From assembly GCA_963829925.1 (NCBI GenBank), contig CAWHKQ010000005.1, positions 24,164 to 88,163 on the forward strand: a stretch of DNA of 64,000 nt. The letters run 5' to 3'. Position 1 is the first letter of the stretch, and the number at the start of each line of letters is the position of its first letter. A program made the translations under genes and the position numbers. The DNA comes from an uncultured Acidobacteriota bacterium (GTDB taxonomy: Bacteria; Acidobacteriota; Thermoanaerobaculia; UBA5066; Gp7-AA6). Under the pieces are notes generated by a model. The model ran no database searches. It was not told the origin of the DNA and was given only the letters and a program-made list of their open reading frames with translations. Below, one piece after another: positions 47,126 through 59,802 of this stretch.

Positions 47126-48157
47126 CTAGGCGAGCGTCGCCACGAGGATGGCCTTGATCGTGTGCATGCGGTTTTCCGCCTGGTCGAACACGACCGAGGC
47201 CTCGGACTCGAACACCTCGTCGGAAACCTCGAGGCCTTCCATCCCGAACTTCTCGTAGAGCTCGGCGCCCTTCGTGGTCTCCCTGTTGTGGAAGGCCGGA
47301 AGGCAGTGCATGAACCTGGCGCGGGGATTCCCGGTCGCCTTCATCAGCGCGGCGGTGACCCGGTATTTCTTCAGGAGCTTGATCCGCTCGGCCCACTTCT
47401 CCGCGGGCTCCCCCATCGAGACCCAGACGTCGGTGTGGACGAAGTCGCAGCCGTGGACGCCCTTGCGGGGATCCTCGGTCAGCGTGATCCTCGCCCCCGA
47501 CTCCCGGGCCAGCGCGCGGGCGCGCTGGACGACGGACGCCGCGGGCCAGAGCGACTTCGGAGCCGCGAGGCGCACGTCCATGCCCATGCGGGCGCCGGCG
47601 AGGAGGAGGGAGTTGCCCATGTTGTTGCGCGCATCCCCCAGGTAGCAGAACGCGATCTTCGAGAGGGGTTTCGTCGAGTGCTCCTCCATGGTCAGGAGGT
47701 CGCCCAGCATCTGGGTGGGATGCGACTCGTCCGTGAGGCCGTTGTAAACGGGCACCCCGGCGTACCCGGCGAGCTCCTCGACGACCGCCTGGCGGAACCC
47801 GCGGTACTCGATCGCGTCGTACATCCGCCCGAGCACGCGGGCCGTGTCCTTGATCGACTCCTTGTGGCCGATCTGCGAGCCCGTGGGGTCGAGATAGGTG
47901 ACTCCCATCCCCTGGTCATAGGCCGCGACCTCGAAGGCGCAGCGCGTGCGGGTCGAGGTCTTCTCGAAGATCAGGCAGAGGTTCCTGCCGCGGAGACGAG
48001 GCACTTCCGTGCCGTCGTGCTTGGCGCGTTTCAGGTCCCGGGAAAGGTCGAGCAGGAACCGGATCTCCTCGCGGGAAAAGTCCGAGATTTCGAGCACGCT
48101 GCGATTCTTCAGGACGACCGCCCCGGGAACATTCTCTCCGGCGGACCGACGCTTCAT
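47126..48157 (-). CDS. argF: Ornithine carbamoyltransferase
   Basis: [46 protein letters not shown]. Confidence 0.93.
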   Translation of the reverse strand: MKRRSAGENVPGAVVLKNRSVLEISDFSREEIRFLLDLSRDLKRAKHDGTEVPRLRGRNLCLIFEKTSTRTRCAFEVAAYDQGMGVTYLDPTGSQIGHKESIKDTARVLGRMYDAIEYRGFRQAVVEELAGYAGVPVYNGLTDESHPTQMLGDLLTMEEHSTKPLSKIAFCYLGDARNNMGNSLLLAGARMGMDVRLAAPKSLWPAASVVQRARALARESGARITLTEDPRKGVHGCDFVHTDVWVSMGEPAEKWAERIKLLKKYRVTAALMKATGNPRARFMHCLPAFHNRETTKGAELYEKFGMEGLEVSDEVFESEASVVFDQAENRMHTIKAILVATLA

Positions 48158-48639
48158 TGGCGCGTCCGGTACGCAAAGAACGCGGCCGTGGCCGACGTGC
48201 CGGTCGTGTTGTAGAGCAGGACCCGGTACCGGGGAAAGCCCACTTCGAAGGTCTGCTGGGGCGCCATCGCGTACGCGCCGGACTCCAGATTCGCCGCCAC
48301 GGTGAAGTCGACCATCGCGGGCACGAGACCGAGCGTCCGCCAGACGCGCCGGAACGGCTCCACGTCGGGAAGAAGCAGCGCGCCGACGACCCCGGGCCGG
48401 GTCGCCGTGCCCTTGAGCTCGATGGCGAGATTCAGGGTCATGTGCGTGTAGCCGTCCGTGTCGATCGTCCCCGCGTCGATCAGGTTGGTCGCCTCCGACC
48501 GTGCGATCGGCGGCACCATCAGGCCGCGGAGGCCGATCAGCGCGTCCGAGCCCTCCATCTTCTCCAGGGTTTGCCCGGCGAGCGCGCCGGCCGCCGCCGC
48601 GCAAAGAACGAATGCGAGCATCGTGCGCTTCATGATCAT
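48154..48639 (-). CDS. Secreted hypothetical protein
   Basis: Signal peptide ALA/GQ; stop overlaps argF start. Confidence 0.65.
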   Translation of the reverse strand: MIMKRTMLAFVLCAAAAGALAGQTLEKMEGSDALIGLRGLMVPPIARSEATNLIDAGTIDTDGYTHMTLNLAIELKGTATRPGVVGALLLPDVEPFRRVWRTLGLVPAMVDFTVAANLESGAYAMAPQQTFEVGFPRYRVLLYNTTGTSATAAFFAYRTRQ

Positions 48640-48659
48640 CGTGGCCTCCCGACCGCCCA

Positions 48660-49333
48660 TTATTCACGACTCCCAGGGGGAGGCGGCACGACGCCCACGG
48701 CGGCGTCGGCCTCCCGAGTGATGGCGTCGATCGATTCTCCGATCCGGGCCAGCGTCGCCGCCTCGTCGCCCTCCTCCGGAATCGGAAAGGGCTCGCCGTA
48801 GGACACGACGCAGCGGGAGAACGGCTTGGGCACCATGTACCGGTCCCAGGACTTCAGAAACCAGGGCCGCGTGCTGGCGCCGGTCACCGGCAGGACCCAC
48901 GCGCCGGTCCGTCGGGCGAGCTGGAGAATCCCGGGCTGGACGACACGGGGAGGCCCCTTGGGCCCGTCGACCGTCAGCGCCGCCGGATGTCCGGCCTGCA
49001 CGAGCTCGATCATCTCCTGGAGAGCGGTGCCGCCCCCCTTCCGCGTCGAGCCGCGGGCCGGGATGACGCCGTTGCGGGAGAGCCAGCGCGCGATGATCTC
49101 CCCGTCCTTCGAGCGTGAGGCCATCGTCACGATTCCCTGGTGGCGGTGCGCCAGGATGGGCAGCACCATGCGGCCGTGCCAGAGCGCGTACGTGAAGGGC
49201 ACGCCTCGCGCTCGCAACCGCTCCCTTCGGTCGCCGTGAAGCGTGTCGATGCGGATCGAGGCGCGCAGCCCCAGGATCCCGAGACCGACGGCGGCGTCCG
49301 TCAGGCGGAGGCCGATCGGAGACCTCCCGTCAG
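48660..49333 (-). CDS. DUF374 lysophospholipid acyltransferase-family protein (N-terminal frameshift)
   Basis: [38 protein letters not shown]. Confidence 0.85.
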
Positions 49334-50298
49334 GGGCGGCGCCCGGCGAAGTGCGCGGCCACCTTCTCGTACGCGCGCGGGATGACCCCGGGCACGGTCT
49401 TCACGCCCTTGGTGAAGACGGCGAGGACGAAATCGGAGCCGTTGGGCAGGGCGATCCGGCCGACGAGATGATGAAAATCGTAGGCGTCGCCGGACTTCGC
49501 CCACATCCGGCTGCCCTCGGGCAGCCCCTGGCCCGCCAGGCGCGCGTCTTCGAGCTCCCCGTCCTCGAGCGGCTTCTCTCCCGCGATGTCGCGCGCGAGG
49601 AGAACCAGGGCTTCGTCGGTGAAGGACGGGCCCGCGACCTCGCCTCGCACGATCTCCTTGAAGATGCGCGCGGACTCGGCGGCCGTCATCCGGTTGCGGT
49701 TCTTTCCTCCGTCGCGAAAGGCCTGCTCGCTCCCGTACGCGTCCTCGCAGAACGTCTTCTGGTTGGCGTTCAGGTTCGTGTAGCCGCGGCCGCGGTAGAA
49801 GTCGTTGACCGCGTTTCTCTTCGTTTTCCACTTCTCCCACTCGCGGCCGTCGGCGATTTCGGGCCCCGAGGTCGTTCCCGTGATCGAGTCGACGACGAAC
49901 CCGGTGGCGTCGTTGGAGGAGACGGTGATCATGTCTTTGACCGCGCGGGCGAGCTCGGGGCTGTCCGAGAGCTTCCCCGCCTGCTTCTGGGCCTCGTAGT
50001 AGGACAGGAAGCAGAGCTTGACGACGGAGCAGGGGTAATAGGACACGTCGGCGCGGTAGCCCCCGGCCGGAAAAGACGACACGGGAGTCGGGTCCGTCAG
50101 GTCGATGATCGCGATCGAGAGGCCGTCCTCGGCCAGGCCGGCCGCCGCGAACTCGGCGACGGTCTCGGCCGCGACCCGGGCGGCGAGATCGTCGAGCGCC
50201 GGCGAAGGGTCGAGCCTGGAGACGGCGGACGGGGCCCCCGCCGGGAGAGCAGCCGCGAGCAGCGAAGGCAGAATGAGCAGCGCGACGGCGAGGCTCAG
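49330..50298 (-). CDS. Class A beta-lactamase-related serine hydrolase (start approximate)
   Basis: SxxK (CSVVKL), SSN, KSG motifs; signal peptide. Confidence 0.8.
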   Translation of the reverse strand: MSLAVALLILPSLLAAALPAGAPSAVSRLDPSPALDDLAARVAAETVAEFAAAGLAEDGLSIAIIDLTDPTPVSSFPAGGYRADVSYYPCSVVKLCFLSYYEAQKQAGKLSDSPELARAVKDMITVSSNDATGFVVDSITGTTSGPEIADGREWEKWKTKRNAVNDFYRGRGYTNLNANQKTFCEDAYGSEQAFRDGGKNRNRMTAAESARIFKEIVRGEVAGPSFTDEALVLLARDIAGEKPLEDGELEDARLAGQGLPEGSRMWAKSGDAYDFHHLVGRIALPNGSDFVLAVFTKGVKTVPGVIPRAYEKVAAHFAGRRP

Positions 50299-50618
50299 GG
50301 CCGGGCTCCCCGCGAGTCCGGGAACGGCAGGGGCGCTTCGACCGGCGGCAGGCCGGACGGCCGGCGCCGGCGCGCCCGAACGATCATCAGGACCATGAAT
50401 CCGAAGATGCTGAACGGCATCGCGATCATCAGGAGGATCGACCAGTACATCCCGCGCCACACCCCGCCGCCCGTGCCGGCGGCGGCGTCCGTCTCCTTGC
50501 AGAGCGGGCAGGCGGAGGCCAGCGCGGGCAGCAGGGCCGCCAGAAGGAGCAGCAGCGCCAGCGCCGGGAGAAATCGCCTCCATGCGACGCGTCGGGTCAT
50601 CCCGGCCAATCTATCCAA
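50295..50618 (-). CDS. Small CxxC membrane protein of the oxidase operon
   Basis: Signal peptide ...ALASA/CPLCK followed by one TM helix. Confidence 0.7.
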   Translation of the reverse strand: MDRLAGMTRRVAWRRFLPALALLLLLAALLPALASACPLCKETDAAAGTGGGVWRGMYWSILLMIAMPFSIFGFMVLMIVRARRRRPSGLPPVEAPLPFPDSRGARP

Positions 50619-51045
50619 TCCCGCCGGGCGGGTAAAGCTGGTAGAGCATCACGTAGATCACGACGCCCGTGACCGACACGTAGAGCCACAGCGGGAAGGT
50701 CCACCGGGCCAGCCGGCGGTGGGGCTCGTCGCGGCGCTTCAGGCCCAGGTACAGCGTCCGCAGGACCATCGGCACGATCGCGACGGCCAGGATCGTGTGC
50801 GTCAGGAGGATCGCGAAGTACAGCGTGCGGACGGGCCCCTGCCCCGTGAAGCGCACCGAGCCGACGTGGAAGTGGTAGACGAGGTAGGAGACCAGGAACA
50901 CCGTCGAGGTCGCCGCGGCGGCCAGCATCAGCCGGCGGTGCCGGTCGATCGCGTGGGCGCGGACCGCCCGAAAGGCGAGGACGAGCAACACCCCGGTCGT
51001 GGCGTTGAGCGCCGCGTTGACGGCCGAGAGATCCGAGATCTGCAA
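50611..51045 (-). CDS. DUF420 (CtaM/YozB-like) oxidase assembly protein
   Basis: NAALN, HRRLM, FLVSYLVYH, HTILA, WLYVSVTGVVIY. Confidence 0.9.
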   Translation of the reverse strand: MQISDLSAVNAALNATTGVLLVLAFRAVRAHAIDRHRRLMLAAAATSTVFLVSYLVYHFHVGSVRFTGQGPVRTLYFAILLTHTILAVAIVPMVLRTLYLGLKRRDEPHRRLARWTFPLWLYVSVTGVVIYVMLYQLYPPGGIG

Positions 51046-51080
51046 GAGCCGGCCTACGGCTTACGGCTCGCGGCTCACGT

Positions 51081-51683
51081 TCAGATCAGGTACACGATCG
51101 CGAAGAGCAGGATCCACACGAGGTCCACGAAGTGCCAGTAGAGACCCAGCGTCTCGATGCCGAGGTGGTGCTGCTGGGTGTACTTGCCGAGAAACAGCTT
51201 GCCCGTGCACCACGCGATGCAGACGACGCCGCAGAAGACGTGGAACCCGTGGAACCCCGTCATCGTGTAGAAGGTCGACCCGAAGAGCGAGACGTGCGGG
51301 TTGAATCCGGCGTGCAGCAGGTGCTGGTACTCGTAAACCTGCACGCCCAGGAAGATCGAGCCCCCGAGCAGCGTCAGGCACATGAAGAGCTTGCTCTTGG
51401 CGATGTTGCCGCGCTGGATCCACTCGAGCGCCTTGACCATCGTGACCGAGGAGCAGATCAGGATGAAGGTGTTCGCGGCGGTCAACCAGATGTTCAGCGT
51501 CAGCTTCGGGTCCGGCCACGTCGACCCGTACCGCAGGACGATGTAGGAGCCGATCAACCCCGTGAAGAACATGACCTCCGAGCAGAGGAAGACCCACATC
51601 CCCATCTTGTCGTGGGGAATCCCGGTCGAAGTGCGGTCCTCCTCCGCGTGCGGGTCGAACGTGACGGCGGCGGCGTGGTCCAT
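51081..51683 (-). CDS. ctaE: Heme-copper oxidase subunit III
   Basis: GMWVFLCSEVMFF, TGFHGFHV, GLYWHFVDLVW. Confidence 0.93.
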   Translation of the reverse strand: MDHAAAVTFDPHAEEDRTSTGIPHDKMGMWVFLCSEVMFFTGLIGSYIVLRYGSTWPDPKLTLNIWLTAANTFILICSSVTMVKALEWIQRGNIAKSKLFMCLTLLGGSIFLGVQVYEYQHLLHAGFNPHVSLFGSTFYTMTGFHGFHVFCGVVCIAWCTGKLFLGKYTQQHHLGIETLGLYWHFVDLVWILLFAIVYLI

Positions 51684-51705
51684 GTCGGGTTTCGTTCCTT
51701 TCGGC

Positions 51706-52010
51706 TTACCGTTGACGGCTCACGGCCTCGGCAGGACCAGCTCGGCGATGCCGACCGAGACCAGGATCGCGCCCAGGATCAGGGTCGAGGCAAAGAGCCA
51801 GCCCGAGAATCCGGCGCTCGAACTTCAGGTGCATGAAGTACAGCGCGACGAGGACCGCCTTGATGATCGCGAGCTCCGACGATCCCGGCGGCCAGCACGA
51901 ACTCGGAGCGGTGCGGGATGACCGCCCAGCCGACCTCGAGCGATCGTCAGGCCGAGGAGCCACCAGAAGACGGCCATGTAGTTGGGGATCGTGTGTTCTT
52001 GCGTCTCCAT
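51706..52010 (-). CDS. Heme-copper oxidase subunit IV (frameshifted)
   Basis: YMAVFWWLLGLT, KAVLVALYFMHLKFE. Confidence 0.85.
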
Positions 52011-52020
52011 CGTCCTCTCC

Positions 52021-52128
52021 TCAGTGCGCCCGGGAAATGATGAACAGGATCGAGCCGACGAACAGGGACAGCCCGATGGCCACGAGGGTCCACAGCAGTC
52101 GCCGGTTGCCCGCGGCCGTCGCGCTCAT
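52021..52128 (-). CDS. 35-aa single-TM peptide (not in ORF track)
   Basis: MSATAAGNRRLLWTLVAIGLSLFVGSILFIISRAH; ATGA overlap with ctaB stop; ends just before the subunit IV RBS. Confidence 0.65.
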   Translation of the reverse strand: MSATAAGNRRLLWTLVAIGLSLFVGSILFIISRAH

Positions 52129-53013
52129 CGATCGAACACCATGAGCCCGAGCAGAGCGGGCAGGTAGAGCACCGAAACCAGGAAGAGCCGCCGCGCGCGT
52201 TGCGGGCCGACCGCTTCCAGGCGAACAGCGCGGCGCAGGCCAGGAACCCGACGCCCATCACGAGCGCGCCCCAGAGGTAGCTCGCTCCCCGCCGCCGCGA
52301 GAAGCCCCGCGGCGAGCGTCACGGGCAGGAGGGCCGCCGCGTAGAGAAGCGCCTGGCGGCCGGACGCCGAGCCGTCGGGGTCCGTGACCGCGAGCATCGG
52401 GAAACCGCCGCGGGCGTAGTCGTCCCGGTAGAGCCAGCCGATCGCCAGGAAGTGCGGGAGCTGCCAGAGAAAGAGGATCGCGAAGAGTCCCCACCCGGCC
52501 GCGCCCAGCTCTCCGCGCGCCGCGGCCCAGCCCATCAGCGGCGGCAGGGCTCCGGGCACCGCTCCGACGACGGTGCACAGAGAGGTCACCCGTTTCAGGG
52601 GCGTGTAGGCCAGGACGTACGAAAGCAGCGAGGCCGCGCCGAGGGCGACGGTCAGGAGATTGACGAAGCTCAGGATCAGGAGCCCCGCCGCCGACAGCGC
52701 CAGGCCGAAGACGAGGGCCTCCTCGGGTCGAAGCCGGCCGGCCGGGACCGGGCGCCGGCTCGTGCGGACCATGCGGGCGTCGGCATCGCGTTCCATGTAC
52801 TGGTTGAGCGTCGAGGCGCCGCCGCACAGGAGAGCCGTCCCGGCCAGGAACACGAGAAACGCCGACGGGTCGAAGCTCCCCTGCCCGCCCACGGCGTAGC
52901 CCACCGCGGCCGTCACCAGGACGAGCGCCGTGATCCTGGGCTTCGTCGAGCTCGACGAAGTCGGCGGCGCGGCCGGGCGCGACGGCGAGCGCGGCGGCCG
53001 GGACTACTTCCAT
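52125..53013 (-). CDS. ctaB: Protoheme IX farnesyltransferase (heme O synthase, frameshifted)
   Basis: NQYMERDADARMVRTSRRP, YTPLKR, GAVPGALPPLMGW, WQLPHF. Confidence 0.92.
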
Positions 53014-54023
53014 CCCGCGGCCCTTCCCGCCATGGCCGTTCGGATCGGCACGACGTTGTTGCGCCGCCGTTCGGCGGCCAGGGACCCGAGGCCGAGGGCG
53101 AGCGTCGAGCCGAGAAGAAGCGCGCCGGTCGCCACGTGGGCCGTCGTGACGGCCACGGACTTGCGCGTCAGGACCGTGAAGGCCCCGAGCGCGATCTGGA
53201 CGACGACGAGCGCGGCGAGCATCCCGCCGCCTTCTCGAGGCCCGGAGCGGCGCGTGCGGACGGCGCCAACGGCGCACCAGACGACGAGAGCCGCGACGGC
53301 GAGGCGCCGACGCCGGTGGGCGAAGTGCGATCACGACCGGGAAAGATGTCGAGCGGCGGCACGAGCCGGCCGAGCGAGAGCGGAAAGTCCGGAATCGCCA
53401 GCCCCGCCTTCGTGTGGCGCATGACCGCGCCGACGACGAGCTGGAGGAAGACGACGGCCGTGGTCGCTCCCGCGATCCGGGCCAGAGCCGAGGCGCCGGA
53501 AAGCCGCTCGCAGGTCCGCGGGGGCCGCCTGTCGCCAGCGCGGCGAGGTGACGACGGCGATCGCGACGGTCAGGCAGAAAAACGCCTGCGCGAGGCAGGC
53601 GTGCGCCACCGAGACGGCGGTCGGGCAGCAGGTAGAGCACCGTCAGGCCGCCGAGGACCCCCTGCGCGACGACGGCGGCGACGGCGAGGTATCCGAGCCG
53701 CCGGACCCAGCGGCGCTTCTCCCGGCCGCGCGAGCCAGACCGCGAGCACGATCGTCAGCAGACCGACGGTCGAAGCGACCAGGCGGTGGGTGTGCTCGTA
53801 GCGGATGCCGCCGACCATCTTCGAGAGGGGGAACGTGAACATGTTCTGCCCGTACGTCGTCGGCCAGTCGGGAACGGAGAGCCCGGATTCCGTCGAGGTG
53901 ACGAGGCCGCCCGCGACGATCGAGCGCCGAGCGTGGCCGCGGCCGTCAGGACCGCGAAGGCGTGGAGACGCGCGGCCGGCCGGAGCGACGGCCCGGACGG
54001 GCGGCTCCCGGTCGCGGCGCGGA

Positions 54024-54031
<8 letters not shown>
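53004..54031 (-). CDS. ctaA: Heme A synthase (COX15/CtaA, frameshifted)
   Basis: GGLVTSTESGLSVPDWP, YEHTHRL, HACLAQ, MRHTKAGLAIPDFP, AHVATG. Confidence 0.88.
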
Positions 54032-55817
<1,786 letters not shown>

Positions 55818-55821
<4 letters not shown>

Positions 55822-56555
55822 GAGCTTCCTCCCTTTTCGACCGGGGCCGCGGCCTGCTGCTGCTCGGCCGCCTGGGCCGCCGCCTGCTCGTCCAGCCACT
55901 TCTGGAAGTTCTCCGGCGTGTCGACCGTGACGAAGCCCTTCATCCGGTAGTGGCCGAGGCCGCAGAGCTCGGCGCACGCGATCTCCCAGTTGCCGACGTG
56001 GGTTCCCTCGAACCAGATGCGTGTCTTCAGCCCCGGCACCGCGTCCTGCTTGACGCGGAACTCCGGGAGAAAGAAAGAGTGGATGACGTCCTTGGACATC
56101 AGAGTCACCACGACGGGCTTGCCGACCGGGAAGTGGAGCTGGTTCAGCGTCACGACGTCGTCGGGCGTGGCGAACTTGCCGTCCGCGCCGGGATAGCGGA
56201 TGTTCCAGGCGAACTGCTCGCCCACGATCTCGATCGGCATCGCGTCCTTCGGCATGCGCTCCTTGATGTCTTCCCAGAGGCGGCGCGAGAGCAGGGCGAG
56301 CATGACGCAGATGAGGGCCGGCACGATCGTCCAGATGACCTCGAGCCGGTTGTTGCCGTGGGTGTAGTGGACCTCGCGGCCCTCGCGATGGCGGTACTTC
56401 CACAGGAAGTAGAAGAGCAGGACCTCGACGATGACGAAGACGATCCCGGTGATCCACATGATCAGGTGGAACAACGAGTCGATCTCGTTCGCGTAGGTGG
56501 AGGCCTGCTCGGGAAGGCGGAGCCAGAACGGGAGCGCTCCGGCGGCGCCCGGCAC
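55818..56555 (-). CDS. ctaC: Cytochrome c oxidase subunit II (CuA; no fused cytochrome c)
   Basis: LEVIWTIVP, DVIHSF, CAELCGLGHYRM; no CxxCH in the C-terminus. Confidence 0.93.
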
Positions 56556-56652
56556 CGCGGCCGCCCCCGAAAAAGAAAAGCGCCGTCCGGAGGGTCCGGG
56601 CGGCGCCAGAGAACCGCGAAGGTGTGCTTCACGGTCATGAAGAGTACTGTGA

Positions 56653-57460
56653 CTATCCCTTGAAGGTGAAGTCGAGGGACTTGGCCTCGGCGCCCGAGAT
56701 GGTCACGTTCTGCGTCTGCGGCCCGTACTTCTCGTGCCAGGCCTCGATGACGTAGTTGCCGGGCGGCAGGTTCTTGATCTCGAACGTCCCCTGGTCGTTG
56801 GTCACCGCGTAGAAGGGATGGTTGAACACGCCGGAGTAGGCGCCCATCCACTTGTGGACGTCGCACTTGAAGCTTGACGGGCACTTCGACGTTGTCGAAC
56901 TTCTTGACCGTCTCCATGCCCTTGAAGGGCTGGCCGATGTTGAACTCGGGGTTCTTCTGGGGCAGGGCGTGAATGTTGTGGAGGGTCCCGTCGCTGTTCA
57001 AGATCTTGAGCGGCTGCCCCGCCTGGATCCCGAAGACGTGCGGCCGGTACTGGCAGCCGTGCTGGTCGAGGGTGACGGGCTCCGTCGGCGCCGGGTAGCT
57101 GCCCGAGACGCCTTCCTTGACGTAGATCAGCACCCACTGCAGGGTGTTGTTGGCGTTGACGACGACGTCCTGGGGGTAGACGGGCTCTTTGTGCTCCGCT
57201 TTGCAGAAGGCATCGGCATCCATCTTGATCGCCGGCATCGCGGGCTTGGTACCCTCGAAGGCGACCTTGCCGGTCAACGTGGCGCCGCCGGCCGCGGGGG
57301 CCGCCGCCGGAGCCGCCGCAGGGGCGCCCGCTGGAGCCGCCGCCGTGGCCGGGGCCTCGTCTTCCATCAACGCATCCTCGTCCTTCTGGCCGCCGCAAGC
57401 CAGGAGCGACAACGTGGCGGTGGCCGCCAGGAGCAGAAAAAGGGCGCGCTTCAACATCAA
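56653..57460 (-). CDS. Lipoprotein with cupredoxin-like and carboxypeptidase-regulatory-like domains (frameshift near 56870)
   Basis: LLAC lipobox; LDQHGCQYRPHV, HNIH, KCDVHKWM (read from the DNA), LPPGNYVIEAWHE. Confidence 0.8.
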
Positions 57461-57542
57461 AGACTCTCCTTACGTGAATTCTCGGTAGCCGCGCTGCCCG
57501 GAGCCGGCGCACTTCCGCGAAGGCGCCGCCGAAAGCGCGACG

Positions 57543-57572
57543 ATCATATCCAAGCCCTTCTTCCTTTTTCAA
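57543..57572 (-). promoter_or_regulatory. Putative sigma70 promoter for the oxidase operon
   Basis: TTGAAA-N18-TATGAT on the minus strand. Confidence 0.45.
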
Positions 57573-57603
57573 GCGCGCCGGATGGTATCGTCAATGGAAC
57601 CCC

Positions 57604-58250
57604 GTGTCGATCACGACCCTTGCCGCGGAGAACCTCGACAAGTCTTTCTCGGGACCGCCGTTGTTCTCGGGGCTCGATCTGCGCGCGGGGACGGGGCTCG
57701 TCGCCGTCACCGGGCGAAACGGCAGCGGAAAGACGACTCTCCTCAAGATCCTGGCGGGGCTGATGCGCCCGACCTCCGGCCGCGTGCGCGTCGAGCGGGA
57801 CGGCCGGGCCCTGGAGGACCAGGAGCGCCGGCTGGCCGTGGGCTGGGCGGGCCCCGATCTCGCGTTCTACGGCGAGCTGACCGCCGAGGAGAACCTGCGC
57901 GTTCTTTCGCCGCGCGGCAGGCCGCGCGGCCCGCGCGAAGACATCCGCCGGCGGCTCGACGACGCCGGCCTGGCCGAGGAGTCCTTCGCGCCGCCGCGTC
58001 GAGGAGTACTCGACCGGGATGAAGCAGCGGCTGCGAGTCGCGTTCGCGACGCTCTTCGATCCTCCGCTGCTCGCTCCTCGACGAGCCGACCGCGGGGCTG
58101 GACGCCGAAGGGCGCGCGGTTGTTCTCGGCGGTCGATCGACCGCGCCCGCCGCCGGGGCGCCGTGGTCCTGGCGTCGAACGACGAGCGGGACTTTGCCGC
58201 GCCGGAGTCGAGGATCGAGCTCGGGGGAGCGCGGGAGCCGGGAGCCATGA
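57604..58250 (+). CDS. ccmA: Heme exporter ATP-binding subunit (frameshifted)
   Basis: GRNGSGKTT, LTAEENL, STGMKQRL; first gene of the ccm cluster. Confidence 0.8.
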
Positions 58251-58919
58251 GCCTTCCGGCTCAGGCCTGGGCCGTCGCGCGAAGGACGCCACCCAGGAGC
58301 TGCGGCGGCGGATCGCGATCGTGGCGGTCTTCTTCTTCGCGGCCACGGCGCTCGCGCTGGTGTCGTTCGCGATCGGGCCCTTCGGCCTGCCCGAGGCGGA
58401 CCGGCCTCCGCTCCAGGCCGCGCTTCTCTGGATCATCCTCTTCTTCGCCGCCGCCACCGGCCTGCCCGGGCCTTCGTTCGGGAGGAGGAGACCGGCACCG
58501 CGCTCGCGCTGCGCAAGACCCTGCCGGCGCGCTCTCGTCCTCGCCGGGCAAGACCATCTTCAACTTGCTGCTCTTTCTGGCGATCGCGGCGGTCGACGAT
58601 TCCCGGCTTCCTGATCCTGCTCGACTGGAGGGTCGGCTCGCCCGGGGCGCATCGCCGCGACCGTGCTGGCCGGCGGCTACGGACTCGCGGTCGTGTCGAC
58701 GTTTCTCTCGGCGCTCTCGGCCCGCGCCGGGCAGCGCAACGTGCTCTTCGTCCTCGATCGCTTTCCCCCTTCTCGTGCCGCTGCTGCTGACGGCGATCGC
58801 CGGCACTCTCGAGGCGACGCGGGGCGATTTCCCTGGACGCCGCTGCGCGTCTGATCGCGTACGATGGGGCCGCGACGTGGGCAGCGTACCTGCTGGCCGC
58901 GGTCGCCTGGGAGGACTGA
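58247..58919 (+). CDS. ccmB: Heme exporter permease (frameshifted)
   Basis: Multi-TM, ALLWIILFFAA, FPLLVPLL; lies between ccmA and ccmC. Confidence 0.75.
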
Positions 58920-58950
58920 CCCGAAATCCGGCTCCGCACCCCGAACCACG

Positions 58951-59613
58951 ATGAAGATCCTGAAGCTCCTCCTCCTCCCCTACATGGCGGCCGTCGTCGC
59001 CGCGGCCTTTCTCTGGCCGGAGCCGGCCGAGGGATTCCTGGGGGAGTCGTCTCGCATCGTGTTCTTCCACGTGCCCTGCGCCTGGACATCGACGCTCGCC
59101 TTCCTGGTCGCCGCCGCCTATTCTCTGGCGTATCTCCGGCGCCGGGACCCCTGGCACGACGAGATCGCGGCGGCGGCCGTGCGCCTGGGGCTCCTCTTCG
59201 GCGTCCTGACGCTCGTCACCGGCTCCCTCTTTGCGAAGATCATGTGGGGATCCTGGTGGAACTGGGACCCGCGGGAGTCCTCCTACCTCCTCCTCGTTTT
59301 CCTCTACGGCGCCTATCTCTTTCTGCGGGCGTCGATCGAAGACCCCGAGCGGCGCGCCCGGATCGCCGCGGCCTATGCCCTGTTCGCCGCGGTCCTGATG
59401 CCGTTTCTGGTCTTCGTGGCGCCCCGGGTCACGGCCTCTCTTCACCCGCAGACCGTCATCAACCCGCAGGGCAAGATCCTGATGGATGGGCCGACGAAAG
59501 CCGTCTTCTTCGGGGCGCTCCTGGGCTTCTCGGGACTCTTCCTGTGGCTGCTTTCGCTCGAGGCCCGCCTGGAGCGCCTCGCCCGAATCCGTCGAAATGC
59601 GGGACGGGTCTGA
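58951..59613 (+). CDS. ccmC: Heme chaperone/transporter CcmC
   Basis: IVFFHVP, WGSWWNWDPR (WWD motif), LHP. Confidence 0.92.
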   Translation: MKILKLLLLPYMAAVVAAAFLWPEPAEGFLGESSRIVFFHVPCAWTSTLAFLVAAAYSLAYLRRRDPWHDEIAAAAVRLGLLFGVLTLVTGSLFAKIMWGSWWNWDPRESSYLLLVFLYGAYLFLRASIEDPERRARIAAAYALFAAVLMPFLVFVAPRVTASLHPQTVINPQGKILMDGPTKAVFFGALLGFSGLFLWLLSLEARLERLARIRRNAGRV

Positions 59614-59688
59614 TGGGTTCTCACCTGTTGTCCCGTCCTGTCGCCGTCGACAGTTGCGCCGGGGACCCCGAAGGGAGAGACTAATCCC

Positions 59689-59802
59689 GTGAGCAGCCTC
59701 GGATACCTCGCCGGAGTCAACGTCGTCATCTGGGTCGGCCTTTTCCTGTACCTCTGGCGGCTCGACCGCCGGATCGCGGCGGCGGAGGCGCGCAAGCCAT
59801 GA
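59689..59802 (+). CDS. ccmD: CcmD-like small membrane protein (37 aa, not in ORF track)
   Basis: MSSLGYLAGVNVVIWVGLFLYLWRLDRRIAAAEARKP; ATGA overlap with ccmE. Confidence 0.75.
   Translation: MSSLGYLAGVNVVIWVGLFLYLWRLDRRIAAAEARKP

Noticed and set aside
49330-50298. Antibiotic resistance genes (class A-like serine hydrolase here; MBL fold at 62596-63360)
   Set aside because: Only fold-level motifs; the sequences resemble widespread non-resistance homologues
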